Assembly: GCA_963711565.1 (NCBI GenBank)
Contig: CAVQEQ010000002.1
Location: forward strand, 32,001 to 96,000
Source of the DNA: an uncultured delta proteobacterium
Lineage (GTDB): Bacteria; Desulfobacterota; Binatia; Binatales; Binataceae
DNA: 64,000 nt
Reading direction: 5' to 3'
The notes beneath the pieces are model-generated. The model was given only the letters and a program-made list of their open reading frames with translations. It was not told the origin of the DNA and did no database searches. Below, one piece after another: positions 9,729 through 18,668 of this stretch. The translations under genes and the position numbers were made by a program. Numbering within the stretch: the stretch's first letter is position 1; every line of letters begins with the position of its first letter.

Positions 9729-10358
9729 ATGGGTAAAGCTAAGAAAATGGCTCGCGGCGAGAAATTTCAGTTTGTAGGCTATTATAACTGTCTCGATTTC
9801 GTTAACACGGAGTTCACGGAACAATGCGGACGGCGGATCGACTCGCTCCGGAGTTTCGCCGATCTGATTGATTGGCTTGGCGAATCGCGGCTTCTCAATC
9901 GAGCGCAGTTGCAGAACGCTCCGAAGCTGTGGGGAAGCGGGCATGCTATGGAGCGCATTTTTCAAGACGCGCTCGCCTTGCGCAGGGCGCTGCTCGCTAT
10001 GGCCGAAAAGCTGGCGACACGCCGGCGCGTGCCACGGGAATCACTTGAAGCGATCAATAAGATGATTGAAAAGCGTCCGGCCTGCGTGCTCCAAGCAAGG
10101 CGCTCAGGGCGCTTCGAGGAAATGACGCGCCTTGATTTGAACGAACCCGAGCAGTTGATGGTGCCGATCGCGCAGTCGGCAAGCGATCTGCTCTGTCACG
10201 GAGATCCAGCGCTCGTCAAACGATGCGCCAATCCCGCTTGCGGGACCTTTTTCTACGACACTTCTAAGAATCACACGCGACGATGGTGCAGCACGACCGG
10301 ATGCGGCAATCGGATGCGGGTCGCCGCGCATTATCGCCGGACTCGCGCTCTTGGCTAG
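9729..10358 (+). CDS. ABATE/CGNR zinc-finger protein
   Basis: CLDFVNT at the N-terminus; CANPAC..FYDTSKNHTRRWCSTTGCGNRMRV at the C-terminus. Confidence 0.9.
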   Translation: MGKAKKMARGEKFQFVGYYNCLDFVNTEFTEQCGRRIDSLRSFADLIDWLGESRLLNRAQLQNAPKLWGSGHAMERIFQDALALRRALLAMAEKLATRRRVPRESLEAINKMIEKRPACVLQARRSGRFEEMTRLDLNEPEQLMVPIAQSASDLLCHGDPALVKRCANPACGTFFYDTSKNHTRRWCSTTGCGNRMRVAAHYRRTRALG

Positions 10359-10366
10359 CGATCCGC

Positions 10367-11180
10367 TCAGGTCTCTGGCCCTTCGTTTTTAACCTGTAGG
10401 CCATACCTAGCGAGTATGGCCTGTCCCCCCGGTGTTTCGATTCCGAGGCTGGCTCCTCGCCGAAGGCCGCCCGTGTACTGAATCACGTTCCTCGATTTGG
10501 GTATCGCCCAGTCTTCCAGTCGGCGCGTGATGATCATCGTGACCTTGCCAGTCGCCGCTTTCTTCGCCAGTTCGCACGCGAAGAGCCGAGTCCGTTTTGC
10601 GGACGCGAGATGGGGTAGGACCCGATGCTCACGAAAGGAAATGGAGTGGTATGGCACCAACTCCAGCGCCGCCACTCGTTGCGAAAGATCCCGTAGAGCG
10701 TGGAGATAGCGTCCTCCGAACTTAGCATCCGCTATCGCTGTTGCCACCTCACGGAATTTCCCCTCCCACCATGTAAACCCGCTGTGCCAGCAAAACTGTG
10801 GGTCCAAATACAAGAACGGAAACTCCACCTTCGTCAAACGTTGCCGAAGATTTGATTGCAATCGCTGCCTGAATTCTGGCATGCACCATTCGGCGTAGTA
10901 ATCGATGAAATTGAGTCCCGGATTCAGCTGCAGAACGAAAAATATCTGCCCTCGCGAGGTCTCCAGCGTACGGCACCGGAAGCAAGGAGAAGTGAAGGCG
11001 AGGATCTGAGAAAGCGCCAAATCGAGGGCTCAGAACGAACCTGCGAAAGTCATACGTCGGCAAATCAGGTTTGCTCTCTGAGTACTGGGACAACACGGCA
11101 CGATCGTCAGGATGAACGAACGGGGGATTCTTCAAGTCGCACTTCGTCCAAAATTCTACGATCTGTTTGATTTGGCCCAT
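10367..11180 (-). CDS. Uracil-DNA-glycosylase-superfamily (Brig1-like) protein, split by one extra T near 10940
   Basis: Joining the two ORFs gives LLPVPYAGDLARADIF|VLQLNPG...ALELVPYHS. The junction lies in a T5 run. Family assignment is from motif recognition only. Confidence 0.55.
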
Positions 11181-11480
11181 GCTCTCTTCCGCGAGTGTCG
11201 CGGCGATCCTCCTCTTCGTTGGGACCATACCATGCTGCCAGTTCGCGATCGGCGAATGACCGCCATTTTCGTCCATTGACATTGAAGCTGCCGGGGTGTG
11301 TGTGCCGATTCTGCACATGCACACTTCGCGACCTTGCCGAGGCTCCGAAGCGCACCGACTCCGAGCGCCATCTGCTGACGAACTTCGCCTATTTGGGGCA
11401 CCATGTTTGCACTCCGAGACTACTCGACAGATGCGGATGTGCGGCGCGGGCGGTCACTTCATCTCTTGGAGGAGCCTCAA

Positions 11481-11831
11481 ATGCCCGAGCTCAAAAATCC
11501 CGAGGCGAAACAGACTGATCAGATTCCCTCGATTCTCGCCGGCTACCTAACGCCAACGAATTTGGCTCAAGCGCTCGGAGTCTCAGAGCGCACGGTAGCT
11601 CGCTGGCATCGTTTCCGAGAGGGTCCACCACGCGTCGAAATCGGGCGCAAAGTCTTCTATCGTCTCGAGTCCGTCAACGCATGGATCGCGTCGTGTGAAC
11701 GCCACGAAGCGAGAGCCGATCGGGTCAGGCGAAGACCGCGCTTGCGCGCGGTCGAGCCGTCACGTGTTTCGGTCTCGATGCAGGGGAACGACGTCGGCGC
11801 GCTTCCGGGACCGAGCGGCAGCCACAATTGA
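11481..11831 (+). CDS. AlpA/HTH_17-like excisionase (recombination directionality factor)
   Basis: YLTPTNLAQALGVSERTVARWHRFREGPPRVEIGRKVFYRLESVNAWI; GGAGG RBS; convergent with the integrase. Confidence 0.8.
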   Translation: MPELKNPEAKQTDQIPSILAGYLTPTNLAQALGVSERTVARWHRFREGPPRVEIGRKVFYRLESVNAWIASCERHEARADRVRRRPRLRAVEPSRVSVSMQGNDVGALPGPSGSHN

Positions 11832-12962
11832 AGCGAAACGATTCGTTGCCTGACGCAGCGGATCGTCGGCCAAATGCGCGTAGCGCGCTGTGGTCTGCGG
11901 CTGAGTGTGCCCGAGTAGGCGTCCTACGATGGGAAGCGACATTCCGGACGAGACCAAGTGACTTGCGTAGGTATGCCGGAGGTCGTGAAGGCGCACGTTT
12001 TTCAGATGCGCCAGTTTACAAAGCGCCATCCACACGCGCTTAATTTCCTGAGTCGGTTTGCCGGCCACTTCGCCAGGGAAGAGATAAGGACTGTCGCTTT
12101 TTTCTTTCATAGAAACGAGAAGTTGCACGGCAGGGGCACTTAACGGCACATGTTCGGTACGCTTCTGTTTCGTGTGATGGCTGGGCTTTGTCCAAACGCC
12201 GAGCTCCAGATTAAATTCAGCCCAGGTTGCCGTCAGCGCTTCGCCCTTTCGGGCGCCGGTCAACAGCATTAGACGGATCGCATTTGCAGAGGACTGGTTC
12301 GGATGCTTGTCCAAGGCGTCGCAGAGATGCTCGATTTCTTCGGTCGAAAGCCAGCGGTCGCGCTTCTCCTCGCGATATTTCGGGACTCCCTCGCACGGGT
12401 TGTCCGCACGCCATTCCCAGTGCTTCGCCAGGTTCAGCATTTTGCTGAGGAGCGCGCGGACTCTGTTAGCTTGATACGGCGAATCCTTAAGCGATTGGTG
12501 CAGCTCCTCGACATCGCGACGCTTCAGATCGGCAACCTTGATCTTGCCGATCTTGGGGAGAACGTCGTTACGCGCCATGCTTTCGTTCGACCTAATTGTG
12601 TTCGGTCGCAGATAAATCTTCGCGTGCCGTTCCATGTAATCGTTGAACAGGTCTTCGATTGTCGGCGCTTCGCGACGGTGCTCTTTCTCGGCGAGCGGAT
12701 CTTCGCCCGTGCGAAGACCGCCGCGGAGCTGAATGGCCTCCTCGCGAGCAGCCGCGGCGCTGAGTTCGGGATATCGGCCGATCGTGTAGCGTCGCTTTCG
12801 TTCATTGATCCGATAGTCGAGGACGAAGGAGATTACGGAGTTGGCCGTGATGCGCACGCCGAAGCCAGGAATCTCTTCGTCGTACAAGATGCGGCTTCCG
12901 GTGTGCGGCGCCTTGAGCGAGCGTATGATCTTTTCAGTTATGCGGTCTGCCGATACAGCCAT
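11760..12962 (-). CDS. int: Tyrosine recombinase/integrase with arm-DNA-binding domain
   Basis: N-terminal YDEEIPGFGVRI...RRYTIGRYPELS; catalytic motifs TGARKGE, HDLRHTYAS and LLGHTQPQTTARYAH. Confidence 0.95.
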   Translation of the reverse strand: MAVSADRITEKIIRSLKAPHTGSRILYDEEIPGFGVRITANSVISFVLDYRINERKRRYTIGRYPELSAAAAREEAIQLRGGLRTGEDPLAEKEHRREAPTIEDLFNDYMERHAKIYLRPNTIRSNESMARNDVLPKIGKIKVADLKRRDVEELHQSLKDSPYQANRVRALLSKMLNLAKHWEWRADNPCEGVPKYREEKRDRWLSTEEIEHLCDALDKHPNQSSANAIRLMLLTGARKGEALTATWAEFNLELGVWTKPSHHTKQKRTEHVPLSAPAVQLLVSMKEKSDSPYLFPGEVAGKPTQEIKRVWMALCKLAHLKNVRLHDLRHTYASHLVSSGMSLPIVGRLLGHTQPQTTARYAHLADDPLRQATNRFASIVAAARSRKRADVVPLHRDRNT

Positions 12963-12964
12963 TC

Positions 12965-13105
12965 TGTGTCACCACTGTGTCACCAAGAAATGTGATCTGA
13001 GTGGCTTTGATTATGACTCCAAATCAGCAGGCTGTCAATGAATGGCGTTGATTTATCAGGCTATAAATGCGGGTGGTCGAATTGTTGTGTCACCACGTAT
13101 CACCA
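12965..13105 (+). repeat. Tandem pairs of TGTGTCACCA direct repeats (probable integrase arm-type sites)
   Basis: Copies at 12965-12974, 12976-12985 and 13086-13095, plus variant CGTATCACCA at 13096-13105, all between the int start and the att core. Confidence 0.65.
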
Positions 13106-13123
13106 AATTTCGGTATGGCCAGC

Positions 13124-13170
13124 GATTCGTAATCAGCAGGTCGCCGGTTCGAATCCGGCGGGTTGCTCCA
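13124..13170 (+). repeat. att site: duplicated 3' half of tRNA-Thr(CGT)
   Basis: GATTCGTAATCAGCAGGTCGCCGGTTCGAATCCGGCGGGTTGCTCCA has the CGT anticodon loop, T-arm and CCA. No D-arm or 5' acceptor strand lies upstream. Confidence 0.85.
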
Positions 13171-13206
13171 GTAAATCCTCCGGGCCAAATCTACTGATTT
13201 TCCGCT

Positions 13207-16200
13207 TCAACGAACGAGCGTAGGAATTGGACTCTTGGGATCAGAGGCAGAGATTGAAGTTGACTTGAGGTCAGCCAAAAGGGACTTTGCGGCCAGGAGC
13301 TCCGGGCAATCAGATCCTTCGCCGAACCAATCGTGAATGGGTTCTAACAGACGAAGCGCCTCTGCTTGTCTCCGACTGCCCATGAGCATGCGGCTCAAGC
13401 TGTTCGCCGCGCGCAATTCCAGAGTCTTCGCGCCGCGCTCGCGAGCAATGTCTATAGCCTTCATAAAGCTCTGCTCGGCCTCGGACTCAGCCTTCGCGAC
13501 GTTGGCCGGAGTGGAAGAGCCGCGCGCCACCTGCTTGAGCTTCAATTCGCCGTGAATCCGATGTATTTCAGATTCCACGTATCGCTCATCGTTACGTTCC
13601 ATCACCTCGCGAGCTTCGGCTAGCAACGCCAACGCTACATCGACTTGTCCGAGATTGCCCAGTGCTTCGGCCGTGGCCGATCGAGCCCAGGTATGCGCCA
13701 GCTCGTAGCCGGCGGCTGAATACCCGCCAGGGTTGCCACCGCCTGCCGTCAACTGATCTATTCGTCCCTGAGCTGCCGAACCGATAGCGCGATAAGCAAT
13801 CAGCGATTCCGCGAAGAAAGAAAATCCATACTCTTGGGTAAGTGTCAGGCCTTCGGTGACTACTCTTTCCGCGCCCGCATAGTCGTGGCGCATCGTGTAG
13901 TACATGCCGATCATGGAGAGGCACCATGTGAGAGTGAATGGATATCCCAAGTCGCGGGCAAGGCTGATGGCCTCTTGCGCTTCTTTCTCGGCTTGATCCG
14001 GATAACCAAGAGTCCAAAGTGTCATCGCGTCAAAACAGTGACAACTCACGGCGGGGTCTTGCCCGAATTGAAACGCCAACGCTCGATGCCTTTGCCGATC
14101 GTACAACCCGCGCCCTCGCTCGAAACTAGCGTGCGCTTCGGCGAATTGGCCCTTGAAAAATCGACTGCAGCCTGAGGCCCACGCGGCTTGAATCACCATT
14201 CCTTCATTCTGCATGCGCGGCGCCAGACGAGACATTTCATCGGTATAACTGATCGCCATCTCGTGCTCGCCGCGAACCAGATGGTAACTCCATAGCCCGG
14301 ATAGGACTGAGAAGAGCCTTGGATCATCTTCGAGACCCTGGCATAGCTCGTGAGCACGCCTATAGGTGCTTCCCATTTCGGGCGCATACCACCCTTTGGT
14401 AGCCAGCAGCGCCAAGCCATAATCGAGCTGTATATCCAGTTCGCGCCGCGCTCGCTCTTGTGAGGAGGGCAATACCTTGAGCAGCTCCAACGCATTGTGG
14501 AAATAACGAAGCGCTCCATCGTAAGCACTCTGCTTAAGTGCTTGTTGCGCGGCTAGCGCGAGGAATTGAACAGTCTTATCAGGATCAGCAGCGCGCCCCG
14601 CTTGCCAAAGGTGGTGCGCGAGATTCGCGGCTTGATCCTCGAGAGCATTGGCGTGAACGCGCTCGATTCCGCTGACGACATTGAGATGGAGCCGTTGACG
14701 ACGCGGGGCGGAGAGCTCACTGAGGACTGCACTCCGAATGAGCTCGTGCGAGAACTGGAAGGTCGCCTCCGGGTATCCCAAAGTCGAGTATATGAGACCG
14801 GCCTTTTCTACTTCCTCAACGTAATCCAGCAACGAGTCCGCATCGATGTTAGTCGAGGCCTCGAGCAGCTCGAAGGTGAACGATCTTCCCAGGACCGCGG
14901 CCGGACCCAGGATTTTTCGCGCTTCATTGCTTAGACGGGCCAGCCGCCGTCCTATGACCAGGCGCAGGCTTTGCGGCACGTCGATCTCTGCAAAATTGAG
15001 ATCCCGCCGAAACTCGCCGCTTGCATCGATAAGCTTGCCGCGCTCGACCAGATGACGGAAAAGTTCCTCGACGAAGAGCGGATTGCCGTCGGTACCCGAG
15101 TAGATAAAGTTCACGACCTCATGCGGCGGCTCTCTTCCACTTAGCGCGCGAATCATTTCAGCGACCGCAGTCTGCGGCAGGCCGCGCAGGCTGATCCGCT
15201 CGAGCATATGAATACGCAGCAACTCGTCGAGGGTCCGCGCGAGAGGTGCGGCGGAGTCGATCTCGTTGTCACGAAAGGTACCTAACAACAGAACCGGAAT
15301 GTTTGAGATCGACCGCGCGATATGATTCAGCAGCGACAAGGTCCCTTCATCGGCCCAGTGCAGGTCTTCGAACAGCAGAAGGAGCGGGCCGCTCGCCGCG
15401 GTCCTGCCGAGAAGTTCCAAAACCGCATTGAAAAGGATCCTTCGCGACTGTTCCGGCGAAAGTTCAAGAGGAGGTGGAATCTGCGGGAAAAGGCGGCGCA
15501 GCTGAGGCATCAGGCGAGCCATCTCGCCCGCGTCATCCCCCAGCGCGGCCAGGAAGGCATTCGGACTCGTCGATTGAGCCATCGCGGACTCAAGCATTTC
15601 AACGAACGGATTGAACGGAAGAGCGTTATCGCGATCGTAACAACCGCCGATAAGCGTAAAGAATCCTCGCGCCGAAGCTTCGGCCGCGAACTCGGCGGCT
15701 ATTCGGGTCTTGCCGACGCCGAGTACTCCTCCGATCATCGCCACTCGACCCTCGCCGCCGAGAACCCGCTCCAGCATTCGACGCAGTACCGATCGTTCCG
15801 CTTCTCTGCCGACAAACGTGGTGCGATCGGCGAGCGACTGCACGAGACTGGTTTCGGACCGGGAAAACACTGGCGCAGCGACTTCAGCGCCTGTCGAAGG
15901 CTTGATGGCCTCGTCGAGCGTGAATTGCCAGGTTACCCAAGTCCGTGGATTGGCAAGATAGCAGCTAAACGACCCCGTCCTGATCGATCGACCCAACAGT
16001 TCGCCCAGTTGGCTGTGATGCTCGGAAATCTTCTGCAGCGCGGATTTGATCGCACGGGTGACGTTGAGCCGCGCGCGCTCGGCTGCCGATCCTGCAAACC
16101 GGTCTCGCCCGCCGAGACCAACCGCGCCGGCGATCTCGCGCTGGAGAAAATCAATCTCGGACTCGACCTTGGCGGCGCGCGTTTCGTCACCGCGCTCGCG

Positions 16201-16593
16201 CAGGTCCTCGAGCTCCTCGCGAAGTTCGCCGAGTCTGCGCTGGTATTCCTGCTTCGCTTTGGCGTCGAGCATTTCGCCGGCGTGGCCCAGTCCACCGACG
16301 CTGACGATGGGATCGCCAAGCAGCGAAGTCTTGTCCGCGCTCTTATCTTCGGCGGGGGCGCTGGAGCCAGAACCGCTCAAGAGATCCAGTGAATGGAACT
16401 CTTCGCCGGGATGCTGCAGCAGGCGTTGAATGTAGCCGAGACCCTTGATGTCCTTGAGCGAGAACCTGGCATCGCCGTAGCCGACGGTCCAGTACTCGCC
16501 GTTGCGCGCGAATACTCCCGTCTGCGCGCCGGCAACAGGCTGCGACCTGGGATGGCTTCGAGGCTCGGTTGAGCCGCCATCTTTCTGTGTCAC
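13207..16593 (-). CDS. STAND-type AAA ATPase/TPR regulator with N-terminal winged-helix-like domain
   Basis: FVGREAE, Walker A GVLGVGKT, Walker B LLLFEDLHWAD, GNPLFVEEL, C-terminal TPR-like helices. Confidence 0.85.
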   Translation of the reverse strand: MTQKDGGSTEPRSHPRSQPVAGAQTGVFARNGEYWTVGYGDARFSLKDIKGLGYIQRLLQHPGEEFHSLDLLSGSGSSAPAEDKSADKTSLLGDPIVSVGGLGHAGEMLDAKAKQEYQRRLGELREELEDLRERGDETRAAKVESEIDFLQREIAGAVGLGGRDRFAGSAAERARLNVTRAIKSALQKISEHHSQLGELLGRSIRTGSFSCYLANPRTWVTWQFTLDEAIKPSTGAEVAAPVFSRSETSLVQSLADRTTFVGREAERSVLRRMLERVLGGEGRVAMIGGVLGVGKTRIAAEFAAEASARGFFTLIGGCYDRDNALPFNPFVEMLESAMAQSTSPNAFLAALGDDAGEMARLMPQLRRLFPQIPPPLELSPEQSRRILFNAVLELLGRTAASGPLLLLFEDLHWADEGTLSLLNHIARSISNIPVLLLGTFRDNEIDSAAPLARTLDELLRIHMLERISLRGLPQTAVAEMIRALSGREPPHEVVNFIYSGTDGNPLFVEELFRHLVERGKLIDASGEFRRDLNFAEIDVPQSLRLVIGRRLARLSNEARKILGPAAVLGRSFTFELLEASTNIDADSLLDYVEEVEKAGLIYSTLGYPEATFQFSHELIRSAVLSELSAPRRQRLHLNVVSGIERVHANALEDQAANLAHHLWQAGRAADPDKTVQFLALAAQQALKQSAYDGALRYFHNALELLKVLPSSQERARRELDIQLDYGLALLATKGWYAPEMGSTYRRAHELCQGLEDDPRLFSVLSGLWSYHLVRGEHEMAISYTDEMSRLAPRMQNEGMVIQAAWASGCSRFFKGQFAEAHASFERGRGLYDRQRHRALAFQFGQDPAVSCHCFDAMTLWTLGYPDQAEKEAQEAISLARDLGYPFTLTWCLSMIGMYYTMRHDYAGAERVVTEGLTLTQEYGFSFFAESLIAYRAIGSAAQGRIDQLTAGGGNPGGYSAAGYELAHTWARSATAEALGNLGQVDVALALLAEAREVMERNDERYVESEIHRIHGELKLKQVARGSSTPANVAKAESEAEQSFMKAIDIARERGAKTLELRAANSLSRMLMGSRRQAEALRLLEPIHDWFGEGSDCPELLAAKSLLADLKSTSISASDPKSPIPTLVR

Positions 16594-16774
16594 TCAAATC
16601 CCCTCGCTCGACTGGTCGCATCGCTCCTGATTCGACTCGAGACGAGGAATCCTGCAGGTGCGCGTCGATGCCGCCCCCCAAGACAGAACCTTGGGCGGAC
16701 GCTACCATCGTTCTTACACTGATGTAAATCTTTCGGCGGAGTATTACCTGGAAGCAGCGACTACGTGAGGCACT

Positions 16775-17506
16775 ATGGATCCCAAGGGAAAGGTGGCGTT
16801 AATCACAGGCGGCGCGCGAATCGGAAAAGTCGTCGCGGAGGCTCTGGCAAAGCGCGGATGCTCGCTGTCGTTGACCTACCGCGGCTCGCGCGCCGCCGCT
16901 GAAGCGACTGCGCAAGCGGCGAGGGTGGCGGGCGTCAAGGCAACGGTGCTTCGCGCGGACGCGACCAACGAGACTGATATCGTTGCGGCAGTCAACGATA
17001 CGGTGAAGTCGCTGGGACGCCTCGACATCCTGATCAACATGGCCGCCATTTATGAAAAGACGCCGACGCCGAACGGCACTCTGTGGTCCGCTATCCAGGA
17101 CGCGAATGCGAAGAGCGCTTTCATGTATTCGATTCATTCGGCGCCAATCATGAAACAGAATGGCGCGGGACGAATAGTAAGCTTTTCAGATTGGCTGCCG
17201 GTCACGGGGCGTCCCCGCTACAAAGACTACGTTCCGTACTATGTGTCGAAGGCCTCAGTAGCCGCGCTGACCGAGGCTTTGGCGTTGCAGCTCGCGCCGG
17301 AAATTCTCGTCAACGCTATCGCACCCGGTCCGATTCTGGCGCCGCCCGACCTGACAGCCGAAGAAAATGCACAGGTGATCGAGGCGACGCCGTTGGCGCG
17401 ATGGGGAGGCGCGGAGGAAATCGCGAAGACGGTGATGTTCTTCGTCGAGACGGATTTCGTGACCGGCGAATTTATTCGGGTTGACGGCGGCCGTCATCTT
17501 TTTTGA
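16775..17506 (+). CDS. Short-chain dehydrogenase, pteridine reductase-like
   Basis: ALITGGARIG, YYVSK, VNAIAPG, VDGGRHL. Confidence 0.85.
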   Translation: MDPKGKVALITGGARIGKVVAEALAKRGCSLSLTYRGSRAAAEATAQAARVAGVKATVLRADATNETDIVAAVNDTVKSLGRLDILINMAAIYEKTPTPNGTLWSAIQDANAKSAFMYSIHSAPIMKQNGAGRIVSFSDWLPVTGRPRYKDYVPYYVSKASVAALTEALALQLAPEILVNAIAPGPILAPPDLTAEENAQVIEATPLARWGGAEEIAKTVMFFVETDFVTGEFIRVDGGRHLF

Positions 17507-17518
17507 GAATTTGTAGGG

Positions 17519-18652
17519 CTAGCCCCAGACTTCCTTCGCGACTTCAACCACCAATTCGAGCTTGGCCCGCTGCTCCGCCGCCGAGATGCGATTGCCGGGC
17601 GCAGTGCTCGCAAATCCGCATTGTGGGCTGATCGAGAGCTGGTCGAGTCCGATGAATTTCGAAGCGTCGTCGATTCGGCGCTTGAGTGCGTCCTTCGATT
17701 CGAGTTCAGGAAATTTGCTCGAGACGAGTCCGAGCACCACGGTCTTGTTCTTCGGCACCAGCCGCAAAGGTTCGAAAGTTCCGGCGCGCGGCGTGTCGTA
17801 TTCCAGAAAATAAGAGTCGACTTCGATCTTGTTGAACAGCGTGTCAGCCACGAGGTCGTAGCCGCCCTCGGCGCTCCAATGACTTTGATTGTTGCCGCGG
17901 CAGATATGCATCGAGAGTTGCAGTCCCGCCGGACGCCCCGCAAACGCGCGGTTCATCACGTTGGGATACGTCTCGAGCAGCAGCTGGCGCGGGTCGTCGC
18001 CACGCTTTTGGATCGGCTCCCAGATTCGCCGGTCGCTCAGCGAAGCGAGCGTGGTCTCATCGATCTGCACGTAGGTGCATCCGGCGTCGGCAAGTACCCG
18101 CAGCTCCCGGTGGAACGCATCGACGATATCGTCCCAGAAAAGATCGATGTCGGGATACGCATCCTTGCTGATATTCTCGCGGCCCGCGCGGAAGTGGATG
18201 ATAGTCGGCGACGGTATCGTAATCTTCGGGGTGCGCTTGGTTGCCGCGCGGAGAAATTTGAAGTCGTCAACATGGATCGGAGCATGCCAGCGCATCCGCG
18301 CCTGCACTCGCGGAACGAGTAGCGGAAGCTTATGACCCTCGCGGTCGATGAAATAAACTTCGTCGATCGACGATGGATCGTAGGCGACTGTGCCACCGCC
18401 GAGGCCGCGAAAATAAAAGTCGGAGTAGAAAATCTCGCGGCGATATTCGCCATCGGTGATCGACTGCAGCCCGACGCTTTCCTGGAACGCCACCACCTCG
18501 CGAATCGACGAGTCTTCGATGGCGCGCAATTCTTCGGCGGAGATTTTGCCGGCCGCGCGGTCGGCGCGCGCCTTCAGCAGTTGCGGCGGCCGCAGCAAAC
18601 TGCCGACGTGATCGGCGCGAAAAGGAGGATCGTGTGGTGAAGCACTTGCCAT
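17519..18652 (-). CDS. Cobalamin-independent methionine synthase catalytic-domain family (MetE-like, single barrel)
   Basis: RADHVGSLLRP, ITDGEYRR, HICRGN, LEYD and SPQCGFAS (Zn ligands). Confidence 0.9.
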   Translation of the reverse strand: MASASPHDPPFRADHVGSLLRPPQLLKARADRAAGKISAEELRAIEDSSIREVVAFQESVGLQSITDGEYRREIFYSDFYFRGLGGGTVAYDPSSIDEVYFIDREGHKLPLLVPRVQARMRWHAPIHVDDFKFLRAATKRTPKITIPSPTIIHFRAGRENISKDAYPDIDLFWDDIVDAFHRELRVLADAGCTYVQIDETTLASLSDRRIWEPIQKRGDDPRQLLLETYPNVMNRAFAGRPAGLQLSMHICRGNNQSHWSAEGGYDLVADTLFNKIEVDSYFLEYDTPRAGTFEPLRLVPKNKTVVLGLVSSKFPELESKDALKRRIDDASKFIGLDQLSISPQCGFASTAPGNRISAAEQRAKLELVVEVAKEVWG

Positions 18653-18668
18653 TGAATTTTCCTGATCG

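Larger units (their letters stand above)
1..13170. mobile_element. Right part of an integrative genomic island inserted at tRNA-Thr(CGT); left end lies outside the window
   Basis: Tyrosine integrase and excisionase sit beside a 3' tRNA fragment and arm-type repeats. Cargo is toxin-antitoxin, helicase and nuclease-like genes. Sequence is visibly more A/T-rich than the flanking core (not quantified). Confidence 0.85.

Noticed and set aside
13095-13170. Complete tRNA-Thr gene
   Set aside because: Only the anticodon loop to CCA is present. Upstream bases give no D-arm or matching acceptor stem, so it is treated as an att duplication.
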